From an uncultured Caldithrix sp. (GTDB lineage: Bacteria > Calditrichota > Calditrichia > RBG-13-44-9), in assembly GCA_964461135.1 (NCBI GenBank), contig CAYWTB010000004.1, forward strand, positions 53,385 to 117,384: a DNA stretch of 64,000 bases. The letters run 5' to 3'. The notes under the pieces were generated by a model, which made no database searches, was not told the DNA's origin, and saw only the letters and a program-made list of their open reading frames with translations. The position numbers and the translations under genes are program-made. This document shows positions 18,388 through 26,492 of this stretch, piece after piece; position 1 is the first letter of the stretch, and every line of letters begins with the position of its first letter.

Positions 18388-18837
18388 TTATTTATTGCCG
18401 GGATTTCCTTTGTGTTTCCGGTAAAGCTTTCTCAACCCGATGGCGGATTCCTTCCCGTCACAGATTCCATCTCCATCCGTATCAATGAATCTGTCCCGGG
18501 GAGGATTTTTCCCTTTGCGATAACCCTTTCCCCCCTGTTCCAGATGGTCATCAATACCATTGCCATTAGCATCGACAAAGCCTTCCAAGGGCTGTTCAGT
18601 TCCAGCCGGCTCTACCCCCTGCTGCTGGCCTTCCGGATTCTGCTGATCTTTCTGAACCTGTTCCCTTTCCTGTGCCTGTTTCTGCTTTTGTTCGCCGGTC
18701 TTTTTTTGTTGTTGCTCGGTCGACTTTGTCTTTACCTGCTCTTTTTTCTTTTCCGTTTTTGTGGAATCCGCATTCTGTCCCACAACACCTGATATTCCAA
18801 TGAACAGGCTCAGAATGATAATATAATAGTTTTTCAT
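18388..18837 (-). CDS. Secreted Q/K/E-rich low-complexity protein with two DxDxDG calcium-binding-like loops (paralog 1 of 3).
   Basis: Signal peptide MKNYYIIILSLFIGISGVVGQ, followed by KTEKKKEQVKTKSTEQQQKKTGEQKQKQAQEREQVQKDQQ. Loops are FVDANGNGIDDHLE and FIDTDGDGICDGKE. A 4-nt gap separates it from the upstream gene. Confidence 0.6.
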   Translation of the reverse strand: MKNYYIIILSLFIGISGVVGQNADSTKTEKKKEQVKTKSTEQQQKKTGEQKQKQAQEREQVQKDQQNPEGQQQGVEPAGTEQPLEGFVDANGNGIDDHLEQGGKGYRKGKNPPRDRFIDTDGDGICDGKESAIGLRKLYRKHKGNPGNK

Positions 18838-18841
18838 GGCT

Positions 18842-19678
18842 TTACTCCTCCGAAGAAATTTTTTCTCCCTTAATGACAGATATTATATCTACCGGAAGAA
18901 TATCATTTTGTTCGGCGATGTCTTTAATAAATTCATCTTTATTATATATTATTTTATGATTATCCAGTCTTTTTAAAGTTACCTGAACAGGGATTCCCAG
19001 TTCCGCCGCCACTTCTTCCACGGTTTTTCTACCATAACCGGTATACAGAGTTTTTTTGGCGTCATTATCGGAAACTCTCTGTATCAATTCGCTGGGAGAC
19101 GTATTATTCATCTCTGCCAGCTCCTCAATTGTGGTCGTGGAATCAACATGCTGAATCCCTTCATGTTTCAGGCTTTGCAAAAGATTCTCCATATTGGTGC
19201 CGGTTTTCTGAGCATATTGAGACAGGGTAAGCAGTTCCGCATGAGGAATGGGTGGTTCGCTTGACGGATTGCTCCAGGAATTGCTCAGATATTCTCCAAA
19301 ATCCATTACAGTCTGAAAGGGGGGAACCTGCAGAATCATTAGAACCAGTATGGTTACAGTCAAGAATGAAGATAAGGCCAGTTCCTGCTTCATTTTAATA
19401 CCCGCCTGGAGTTTCGATTTCAGATAGCTCCAGAAAACTATCCAGTTATAATATAAATGAAATGCACCCACGATGATAAATGCCAGGGCAAAAACAGTAT
19501 GGACAGCCTGCCAGCCGGTTTTGGTTAATCCCATAAACCTCCAGATCACCCAGTTTGCTACCCGTCCTGGAGGTGAGAAATAAAGAACTATACCGGTAAG
19601 AATTAAAATCAGCCAGGCGAAAACCACCATAAAACTGAAAAACGCTTTCCTATTGAATTTAGCCGGACGCATCATCAT
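18842..19678 (-). CDS. Inner-membrane protein with an N-terminal 4-TM DUF4405-like domain (conserved His in helices) and a C-terminal soluble helical domain.
   Basis: N-terminal hydrophobic helices with AVHTVFALAFIIVGAFHLYYNW. The C-terminal ~140 aa is hydrophilic. The family assignment is from memory and was not verified. Confidence 0.5.
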   Translation of the reverse strand: MMMRPAKFNRKAFFSFMVVFAWLILILTGIVLYFSPPGRVANWVIWRFMGLTKTGWQAVHTVFALAFIIVGAFHLYYNWIVFWSYLKSKLQAGIKMKQELALSSFLTVTILVLMILQVPPFQTVMDFGEYLSNSWSNPSSEPPIPHAELLTLSQYAQKTGTNMENLLQSLKHEGIQHVDSTTTIEELAEMNNTSPSELIQRVSDNDAKKTLYTGYGRKTVEEVAAELGIPVQVTLKRLDNHKIIYNKDEFIKDIAEQNDILPVDIISVIKGEKISSEE

Positions 19679-19686
19679 TCTACCTC

Positions 19687-20895
19687 TTACATATCCAGTT
19701 GCAGTCCCAGCGAAACAAACTGGCTGTCATAATTATACCAGTAGCTGTTGGAGCTGTTATTCATCCATTGATAATTCATCTGCAGAGCCAGGCTGGTGGA
19801 TGCCGTCAGTGGCAGATCCAAACGCTTTTCCAAGGTAATCCGGAACGTTCTGAGCGTATCTTTACGAAGAACCGTTTCATCAAAGTTTTCCGCATCCACA
19901 TAAATACCCTGCATCACATAGTTCTTCCGGTGATAATACCCGGCCAGCCTGGCGGACATTCTGAAAGGAAGCAGTTGAGTCAGTTCCACTCCAAATATTT
20001 GCGCTTCATAACCCATCATATCATCAAAAATCTGTGACTCAGTGGCATACCCGGGAAGCAGGCCGGCAATATTACGGTCATAGTTTAACAGATTAATGCG
20101 CTGATGATATTGAAATGCAAGGCCGCTGTATTTCATAAGCGACTGCGCCATACGCAGTGACAACACAATCTGCGCAGACGATGGTGTTTCTCCGGAAGAC
20201 GAATAGATGTAATATCCACTTCCGGGGCCATGATCATTGCCCGGACCACCTCCACCCTGTTCCACGCTGCTCACGGACTGCAGAATTCCCATAGATGAAT
20301 CTGCGGGAAGCGCAGGCGAAACCTCGGGTTCCAGGTAATATTTATAATTAAACGTGACTGCCCCGATAATGGTTGATCGCATCGGAAAGGATCGGTGTAA
20401 TGAGGTATAAGCACTTAAAAGAATATTGTTCAGATTTGTTAACTGCAGGAAGCGGTTCATTGACCCATTGGCTCCTAATCGCCAGGTGAAATTGTCTACC
20501 TGTTCGTTATGGTTAAAACCGGCACGCAAAGTTATGTAATCATAAAGATTATATTCCGGACGATCGATTCTGTTTTCCGCAGAAATACTCCAGCTGGTTT
20601 TCTCTCCACCTCCCAGATGAAACTGGTGCCAGTATAGATTCCGGCCGGGATTCTGGTAGTAGTTCATGAAACTTCCGTAGTACTGCATGGATACTTTCTC
20701 CCAGTCTTTCTGGAACCCCATGGCAATTCGTGTAATCTGATCCTCCTGGGATTCAGGATATCCGAATGGATTGGAATTATATTCCTGTTCCAGGTAGAGT
20801 GAATAATACCACTGGCCGTATGCAGAACAGACGGTTAAAATTAAAGTAAAAATGATGAGAGCGGGTATGAAGATGATGTTTTTACTTCCGTCCAT
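19687..20895 (-). CDS. Putative outer-membrane beta-barrel protein (porin-like).
   Basis: Signal peptide MDGSKNIIFIPALIIFTLILTVCSAYGQ. The body shows alternating aromatic/hydrophilic beta-strand patterns rich in Y/N/S/G, and the C-terminus is ...YNYDSQFVSLGLQLDM. No recognizable enzyme motifs. Confidence 0.45.
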   Translation of the reverse strand: MDGSKNIIFIPALIIFTLILTVCSAYGQWYYSLYLEQEYNSNPFGYPESQEDQITRIAMGFQKDWEKVSMQYYGSFMNYYQNPGRNLYWHQFHLGGGEKTSWSISAENRIDRPEYNLYDYITLRAGFNHNEQVDNFTWRLGANGSMNRFLQLTNLNNILLSAYTSLHRSFPMRSTIIGAVTFNYKYYLEPEVSPALPADSSMGILQSVSSVEQGGGGPGNDHGPGSGYYIYSSSGETPSSAQIVLSLRMAQSLMKYSGLAFQYHQRINLLNYDRNIAGLLPGYATESQIFDDMMGYEAQIFGVELTQLLPFRMSARLAGYYHRKNYVMQGIYVDAENFDETVLRKDTLRTFRITLEKRLDLPLTASTSLALQMNYQWMNNSSNSYWYNYDSQFVSLGLQLDM

Positions 20896-20920
20896 TTTTT
20901 AACCTCTTTCGAATAATATG

Positions 20921-20950
20921 CAGCGCTCTTCCTTTATGGGAAGAGCGCTT
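20921..20950 (-). terminator. Intra-operon hairpin or attenuator between paralog 2 and the beta-barrel gene.
   Basis: AGCGCTCTTCC tttat GGGAAGAGCGCT: an 11-bp perfect stem. On the minus-strand RNA it is followed by CAUAUUAUUCG, which is only moderately U-rich. Confidence 0.35.
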
Positions 20951-20967
20951 TTCACCCTGCCCGGATG

Positions 20968-21504
20968 TCATCTACGTGGACCTCTGTTTGTTTTTCCTTT
21001 TGGTCCGGTTCCGTCACAATTTCCTGAAGCCGCTCCGGTTCCATACCCCATTCCGTTCTGAGGGCAGACACCCCGGTTACCGGTGCCATCACCGGGACCA
21101 TAACCACCCCTGCGGGTTTTATGTATGGCAGAGGCTTTTCCTTGGCCCTGATTCATATTATCGGCTATACCATCACCGTCTGTATCCACAAACTGCTGCT
21201 GGCGTTTACCCTTACCGGCTCCCTGGTAATCGGGATCCTGGCCGTTGGGAATACCATCCTTGTCATGATCCGGCGCGTTATCATTAAAACCATCGCCGTT
21301 CTTATCAACAAAGTTCGGTCCGTGGATTACCCGGTTCTGCTCAGTGTTTTGAGTAGTTCCCTGGTTCTGATTCTGATCCTTCAGCTGGAGTTCCTGATTT
21401 GTTTTTTCTTTCTGCTTGCTGGAATTGTCCTGGGCCCTGCTGATCCCTGCGGTCAGAGACAGGGACAGAAATACAACGAAAACGAACAGATATAACCTTT
21501 TCAT
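20968..21504 (-). CDS. Secreted Q/N-rich low-complexity protein with DxDxDG loops and a Gly-rich GYGPGDGTGN tail (paralog 2 of 3).
   Basis: Signal peptide MKRLYLFVFVVFLSLSLTAGISRAQ. Loops are FVDKNGDGFNDNAPDHDKDGIPNGQDPD and FVDTDGDGIADN. The tail is RGGYGPGDGTGNRGV...GYGTGAASGNCDGTGPKG. Confidence 0.6.
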   Translation of the reverse strand: MKRLYLFVFVVFLSLSLTAGISRAQDNSSKQKEKTNQELQLKDQNQNQGTTQNTEQNRVIHGPNFVDKNGDGFNDNAPDHDKDGIPNGQDPDYQGAGKGKRQQQFVDTDGDGIADNMNQGQGKASAIHKTRRGGYGPGDGTGNRGVCPQNGMGYGTGAASGNCDGTGPKGKTNRGPRR

Positions 21505-21562
21505 TTTTTATTCTCCTTATTATGTTTTGTTATCAGGTTTTCGTTCATTTGTTATATTTCTT

Positions 21563-21579
21563 TACAAACCTCGTGCCAG
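21563..21579 (-). promoter_or_regulatory. Candidate sigma-54 (-24/-12) promoter for paralog 2.
   Basis: The minus strand reads cc TGGCACG aggt TTGTA aa (GG at -24; TTGT rather than TTGC at -12). The -12 element lies about 62 nt upstream of the start codon at 21504, adjacent to a sigma-54 activator gene. Confidence 0.45.
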
Positions 21580-22117
21580 GATTAGTAATAATTTTTAAGT
21601 TTATAATAATAATAGACTTGTAAATTTTATTAACCTGACGTCGGAGACTTGTCTTCGCCCGGTTGGTCGTATAAATCGACCTGCCAGTCGATACCCAAGT
21701 GTTCGGGTCAATTTTCTGATAAATTCCGCCTGAAAATAGGATTCTTCGCATTAATACGTGACTGCTAAACTTACCTGATCTCCTGAGAAAACATGTCAGC
21801 GCTGCCTGCTGTCAGGCAGGTACGCGGTGGTTTTGGCATTTCGACTCTTAACGATCCTTTACACCTCCCACCCTAAGTGGTTGGGTTAGTAATGAATTAA
21901 AGAAAACCTTGCTCAATTACTAATCCCGGCAGGGATGAAATGTTTAAAGAAAAGATAGAATCGAAAGACATGAACTCTGCAGGAGTGATATATGAAATCC
22001 TTTCAGAATATTTTGTTTGGGTATTCATTATTATGAAGTACCGAAAATATGAAACTAACAGATAACTATACTTACATGATATAACACTGTTTCGCTATAA
22101 TTCAGTACTGGAATTAC

Positions 22118-23482
22118 CTACTTTAATCCCAGTTTTTCCAGCCGTGAGCGGAGGTGTCTCTCCGTTATTCCCAACAGGCGCGCCGCTGCACTTTGATTTC
22201 CCCGTGTCTGTTCCAGGGCTGAACCAATCATCTCCTTTTCAAAGGCCCGCACTTTGTCTTCATAACCATCCCCATAATTATAGGGATCCAGTACCTTTTT
22301 TTCGGTTGGCGGCTGAGTATGGCCCGGCAGGTCCGTCATGGAAATGATATTGGTGCGACTAAGAACCACTGCCCGTTCCAGAATATTTTCCAGTTCCCGG
22401 ACATTTCCGGGAAAATCATATTTCATCAGACGGTCCAGGGCCTCACCCGATATGCCCTTCATTTCCTTCTGATTTTCGCTGCTGTATTTGTTTATAAAAT
22501 GTTCGGCCAGAACCGGAATATCCGTTTTTCGCTGGCGAAGAGGCGGCACAAAAATAGTGACCACATTCAGACGGTAATACAGATCATCCCTGAATTCACC
22601 CAGGTGCATCTTATCTTCCAGCTGGCGATGGGTGGCGGCAATAATGCGGACGTCCACTTTGATAGGGGCCGAGCTTCCAACCCGTTCTATTTCACCAAAT
22701 TGTATGGCCCGCAACAGTTTTATTTGGATAGGAAGAGGAATATCACCTACTTCATCGATGAAAAGGGTACCGCCATTCGCCTGCTCAAAACGCCCGATCC
22801 GCTGTTGTGAAGCACCGGTGAAAGCCCCTTTTTCGTGCCCGAAAAGTTCCGATTCAATTAAATTCTCCGATAACGCCGCTATATTTACAACCACAAACGG
22901 TTTGTCCTTACGAGGACTGGAGTAATGAATAGCCCTGGCAATCAGCTCTTTTCCGGTACCGCTTTCTCCGCGGATAAGCACCGAAGCTTTACTGTTGGCC
23001 ACCCTGCCGGCAGTATTAAGGACATTCTCCATCTCCCCGCTTTGAGAAATGATAGACTCAAACTTAAATTTCGCTTCCAGTTGCTCGCGGAGTTGCTTGT
23101 TTTCTTCCATCAACAGCCGTTTTTCTTTGACCCTCTCAATCAGGTTTTCCAGTTCATTCAGATCTATTGGTTTGCTGAGATAATCATATGCGCCTGCTTT
23201 CATTAATTCCACTGCATCTTCAATACTCCCGTACGCGGTTATCACTACCACATCGATTTCAGGATTTAATTCCTTTATTTTGCGTAAAACCACCAGTCCG
23301 TTCCAACCCGGCATGCGGTAATCAGTAAGTACCAGATCTATAAAATGTTTCCGGGCTATCTTAAACCCCTCTTCACCATTAACTGCAGTATATACCTGAT
23401 AATCCCGGCGTTCCAGGTAGCTTTTCAGGGCTTTCAGCTGCGTTTCCTCGTCATCGATTAATAGCAAGGTAAAAGGTCTCAT
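22118..23482 (-). CDS. Sigma-54-dependent response regulator (NtrC/ZraR/AtoC family): REC, AAA+ sigma-54 interaction domain and Fis-type HTH.
   Basis: The receiver region is MRPFTLLLIDDEE...DLVLTDYRMPGWNG. GESGTGKELIARAIHYSS is the Walker A, and the GAFTGA motif is present as EKGAFTGA. The C-terminal HTH is QSAAARLLGITERHLRSRLEKLGL. Confidence 0.9.
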   Translation of the reverse strand: MRPFTLLLIDDEETQLKALKSYLERRDYQVYTAVNGEEGFKIARKHFIDLVLTDYRMPGWNGLVVLRKIKELNPEIDVVVITAYGSIEDAVELMKAGAYDYLSKPIDLNELENLIERVKEKRLLMEENKQLREQLEAKFKFESIISQSGEMENVLNTAGRVANSKASVLIRGESGTGKELIARAIHYSSPRKDKPFVVVNIAALSENLIESELFGHEKGAFTGASQQRIGRFEQANGGTLFIDEVGDIPLPIQIKLLRAIQFGEIERVGSSAPIKVDVRIIAATHRQLEDKMHLGEFRDDLYYRLNVVTIFVPPLRQRKTDIPVLAEHFINKYSSENQKEMKGISGEALDRLMKYDFPGNVRELENILERAVVLSRTNIISMTDLPGHTQPPTEKKVLDPYNYGDGYEDKVRAFEKEMIGSALEQTRGNQSAAARLLGITERHLRSRLEKLGLK

Positions 23483-23581
23483 CTGGTGTTTCCTGTTTTT
23501 CTTCAGTTTTATTGATTTAAACCGGCTTTTATCGATATTTATGTTTAGCTGTTTTGTTATTTTCCTGCCGTTTATTCCGTC

Positions 23582-25624
23582 TTAATTTCTGATTCCGTTT
23601 AAGATTTTCCCGGGTATTTGTATGGAAAATTGTGTTCCCTGTCCTTCCCTGCTTTCCAGGAAAATAGTGCCATTGTGTTGATCAACAATTTGCTGAACAA
23701 TACTTAACCCGATGCCGGTTCCGCTATCTTTGGTGGTGAAATAAATATTGAATATTTTTTTCTGTATATCTTCCGGGATTCCCGGACCATCATCAGCCAC
23801 ATTCATTTCAATGAAGTCCCTTTTTGTTTTTCTGATGTGGATATCGATGCGTCCACCGGAATTCAAGGCCTCCATGGCATTCTGAATCAGGTTTGTGAAA
23901 ACCTGTTTCATTTTGCGGCGGTCCCATTCCACCGTTTCCGACCACTCCGAATCTATGTGAAGACTGATATTCTTTGTTTCCAGTAATGGCTGATATTGTT
24001 TTTGCAATTCGTCGAAAAAATCCTGCAGCGAAAAAACCTCTGTTTGCAACGGCTCAGGCCGGGCAAATCTCAGGAAATTTTCTATGGTTTGGTTAATCCG
24101 TTTCACTTCATTATAGACCATGCGGGAAAGTTGATGATATTCGTCCTGTTGCCGGCGAGGTTCAAAATCCCTGTCCAGTTGCTGGATGACGGTTCCGATG
24201 GCATTGAGGGGGTTACGTATCTCATGAGCCACACCGGATGCCAGCTGGCCCAGTGCTGTTAACCGTTCCCGTCTCTGAATCTGCCCTTCCAGCCGTTTCT
24301 GATCGGTCAGATCCCGTGCCACCAGAATATATACCAGCTGATTATTCTCATCCGTATAATGACTCTTTGACATTAAAATATGCCTGGTTTTTCCTTTAAT
24401 TGTCATCGGAAACTCCTGCATGCTGAAGCGATCATCCAGGATATGTAGCCAGTTCATGCCAGGGAAAACGCTCCTGATTTCCTTTCCCACCACTTCATCA
24501 GCTTTTAGTTCGAATAATTTTTCGGCGGATTGATTGACGATTCTGATTTTCTCTCCCGATTCGAAGACAATAATCGCATCACTCACGTTTTGGATAATAT
24601 TGCGGGAATAGGTTTCCACAGACTGGTACTGTTTCCGGGTAAAATCGAGATTTTGCCTCATCATTATGAAAGTGAACATGAAAAAACCGATTACCAGCAG
24701 CAGAAGGCTGATGATTGTGATGCGGCGATATATACGGCTGTTGATCACAGTAAGAGGTGCCATTGAAATACCCAGCCTGAATATGCCGACCGGCTCTCCC
24801 TGATAGTTGAAAGAATGAACGGCTTCAAAAACTTCCTGCCCTTTAAAATCAAGGGTACGAACACGTAAAACGGAGTCAGATAAAGCTTTACTGAGAAACG
24901 GTGAAGTATTAATCCGTTCCAGGTCCACTATATTTCCGGAGGCGGCGAGAATGCCGGAGGTATCCTGAATGGCTGCATACAGGATTCCGGGATTCCCGCT
25001 AAGGCTTTGAAGAAGGCTGCCAATCCCCACCTCCTTGCGAAATTCCAGCAGCTGCGCCGCATTCAGGTTAACGACTATGGCACTTTGGGCTTTTCCGGCC
25101 ACCGCCACTGCATAGCGGAAGCCCTTTTCATAGCGTGCCGCCTTTAATCCCAGCAACAAAGTATCCGTCTTTCCGGTGAATATGGGTGTTAAAATGTCTT
25201 CCGGTTCATTCCCGGATTCGGAATAATTGTGTATCTGCTGATGACTGCTGTATATCTTTTTTCCATCGGGTGTAAAAATATTTATCCTGTACAGATTATT
25301 TTCGCGGGCAAACTTCTGCAGGAAGGCATTACTGACCCGACCTTTGTTATAGAGATCTTTTACCATATTGGCATTATTTAAAAGTCTTTCATCAATAAGC
25401 TCTTCAATCAACATATTTGTCATCAGCGTATTGCGGGAGGCACTGATGACTGTTTCCGATAAAGTATGTGCCTGTTCAGTCATGAGTTCAACCAGCTCTT
25501 TCTTGCTCTGGCGTAATTCTATAATAGCCGAACTGATCATCAGGGCTGCCAGTACCAGGAATATGAATAACAAATTTTTAGGACGTATGAACTGTGCCTG
25601 TCTGAAGATTCTTTTCATGATCAT
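23582..25624 (-). CDS. Membrane sensor histidine kinase: two TM helices flanking a ~270-aa periplasmic domain, then PAS, HisKA and HATPase_c.
   Basis: TM1 is LLFIFLVLAALMISSAII and TM2 is ITIISLLLLVIGFFMFTFIMM. The H-box is GVAHEIRNPLNAI, and the ATPase region contains DDGPGIPEDI...GTGIGLSIV. Confidence 0.85.
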   Translation of the reverse strand: MIMKRIFRQAQFIRPKNLLFIFLVLAALMISSAIIELRQSKKELVELMTEQAHTLSETVISASRNTLMTNMLIEELIDERLLNNANMVKDLYNKGRVSNAFLQKFARENNLYRINIFTPDGKKIYSSHQQIHNYSESGNEPEDILTPIFTGKTDTLLLGLKAARYEKGFRYAVAVAGKAQSAIVVNLNAAQLLEFRKEVGIGSLLQSLSGNPGILYAAIQDTSGILAASGNIVDLERINTSPFLSKALSDSVLRVRTLDFKGQEVFEAVHSFNYQGEPVGIFRLGISMAPLTVINSRIYRRITIISLLLLVIGFFMFTFIMMRQNLDFTRKQYQSVETYSRNIIQNVSDAIIVFESGEKIRIVNQSAEKLFELKADEVVGKEIRSVFPGMNWLHILDDRFSMQEFPMTIKGKTRHILMSKSHYTDENNQLVYILVARDLTDQKRLEGQIQRRERLTALGQLASGVAHEIRNPLNAIGTVIQQLDRDFEPRRQQDEYHQLSRMVYNEVKRINQTIENFLRFARPEPLQTEVFSLQDFFDELQKQYQPLLETKNISLHIDSEWSETVEWDRRKMKQVFTNLIQNAMEALNSGGRIDIHIRKTKRDFIEMNVADDGPGIPEDIQKKIFNIYFTTKDSGTGIGLSIVQQIVDQHNGTIFLESREGQGTQFSIQIPGKILNGIRN

Positions 25625-25736
25625 AAATTACATTATCCATTTATGCAGGGCAAGATTTCAATAAAGTCTGAAGTGATTTCATACCTGTATCGAACAGTCG
25701 TCTTAACTTCAATACTAAAATTGAATTATTAAATGG

Positions 25737-25768
25737 TAAAAAGCCTCCGTAACGACAGGAGGCTTTTA
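25737..25768 (-). terminator. Rho-independent terminator after paralog 3.
   Basis: Plus strand reads aaAGCCTCCgtaacgacaGGAGGCTtttacc. On the minus-strand RNA the stem GCCUCC/GGAGGC is followed by UUUUUACCAUUU. Confidence 0.5.
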
Positions 25769-25796
25769 CCTGGAGGCATTTATGTAGATGGGTCAT

Positions 25797-26426
25797 TTAT
25801 TTCCCGCCGGTGGATCCGCCATTGCGATTCTGGGTTTTGGAACCGCCTGAAGGGGTACCACTACCCAGACCATAACCGGTACCATCCTTCGGTCCTACAC
25901 CCTGGTTACCGGTGCCGTCACCGGGTCCGTATCCGCCTTTTCTGGTACCCTGGGTGGAACCCGGACCATAGCCGGTTTCATCCTTGGGACCAACGCCCTG
26001 GTTGCCGGTGCCATCTCCGGGACCATAGTGCCCGGCTGCATTATCATTGCCCTTCAGCGAACGGAGTTGAAAGCGGTCATCTATTCCGTCGCCATTCATA
26101 TCCCGGAACTGGAAACGGTATTCAAAACGATTCTGGAACATGTTCTGACTCATGGAGGCTGCCCCGGACTGGTTTTTTATCCGGATCTGGTTGCTGGTGC
26201 TTGATTGCAGCTTGTTCTGATATTGGGTCTGATTCTGCTGCTGCACTTTCGGCTGGTCCTGTGCCTGATTTTTTGTCTGATTCTGGACCTGGTTGTGAAG
26301 CTGTGCTTTGGTTTGGGTCTTCGCCTGGGTCTTGGTTCTTGTTTTCAGTGAGTCCTGTGCAAATGCCTGCAGACTGAAAGCAAGGGTTAATCCCAGGATC
26401 AGAGTGAATTGAGAGATGCGTTTCAT
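25797..26426 (-). CDS. Secreted Q/N/T/K-rich low-complexity protein with a DxDxDG loop and tandem GYGPGDGTGNQGVGPKD repeats (paralog 3 of 3).
   Basis: The likely true start is MKRISQFTLILGLTLAFSLQAFAQ at 26426, preceded by aaGGAGGaagtatc ATG. The loop is FRDMNGDGIDDRF. The repeat tail is HYGPGDGTGNQGVGPKDETGYGPGS...GGYGPGDGTGNQGVGPKDGTGYGLGSG. Confidence 0.6.
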   Translation of the reverse strand: MKRISQFTLILGLTLAFSLQAFAQDSLKTRTKTQAKTQTKAQLHNQVQNQTKNQAQDQPKVQQQNQTQYQNKLQSSTSNQIRIKNQSGAASMSQNMFQNRFEYRFQFRDMNGDGIDDRFQLRSLKGNDNAAGHYGPGDGTGNQGVGPKDETGYGPGSTQGTRKGGYGPGDGTGNQGVGPKDGTGYGLGSGTPSGGSKTQNRNGGSTGGK

Positions 26427-26475
26427 GATACTTCCTCCTTGGTTAAGGTTTTTGTTGTAACACAACCAATATTGC

Positions 26476-26492
26476 CTCAATTGTCGTGCCAA
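26476..26492 (-). promoter_or_regulatory. Candidate sigma-54 (-24/-12) promoter for paralog 3.
   Basis: The minus strand reads t TGGCACG acaa TTGAG gcaa. The -12 element lies about 52 nt upstream of the start at 26426. It has the same TGGCACG-N4-TTG architecture as the site upstream of paralog 2. Confidence 0.4.
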
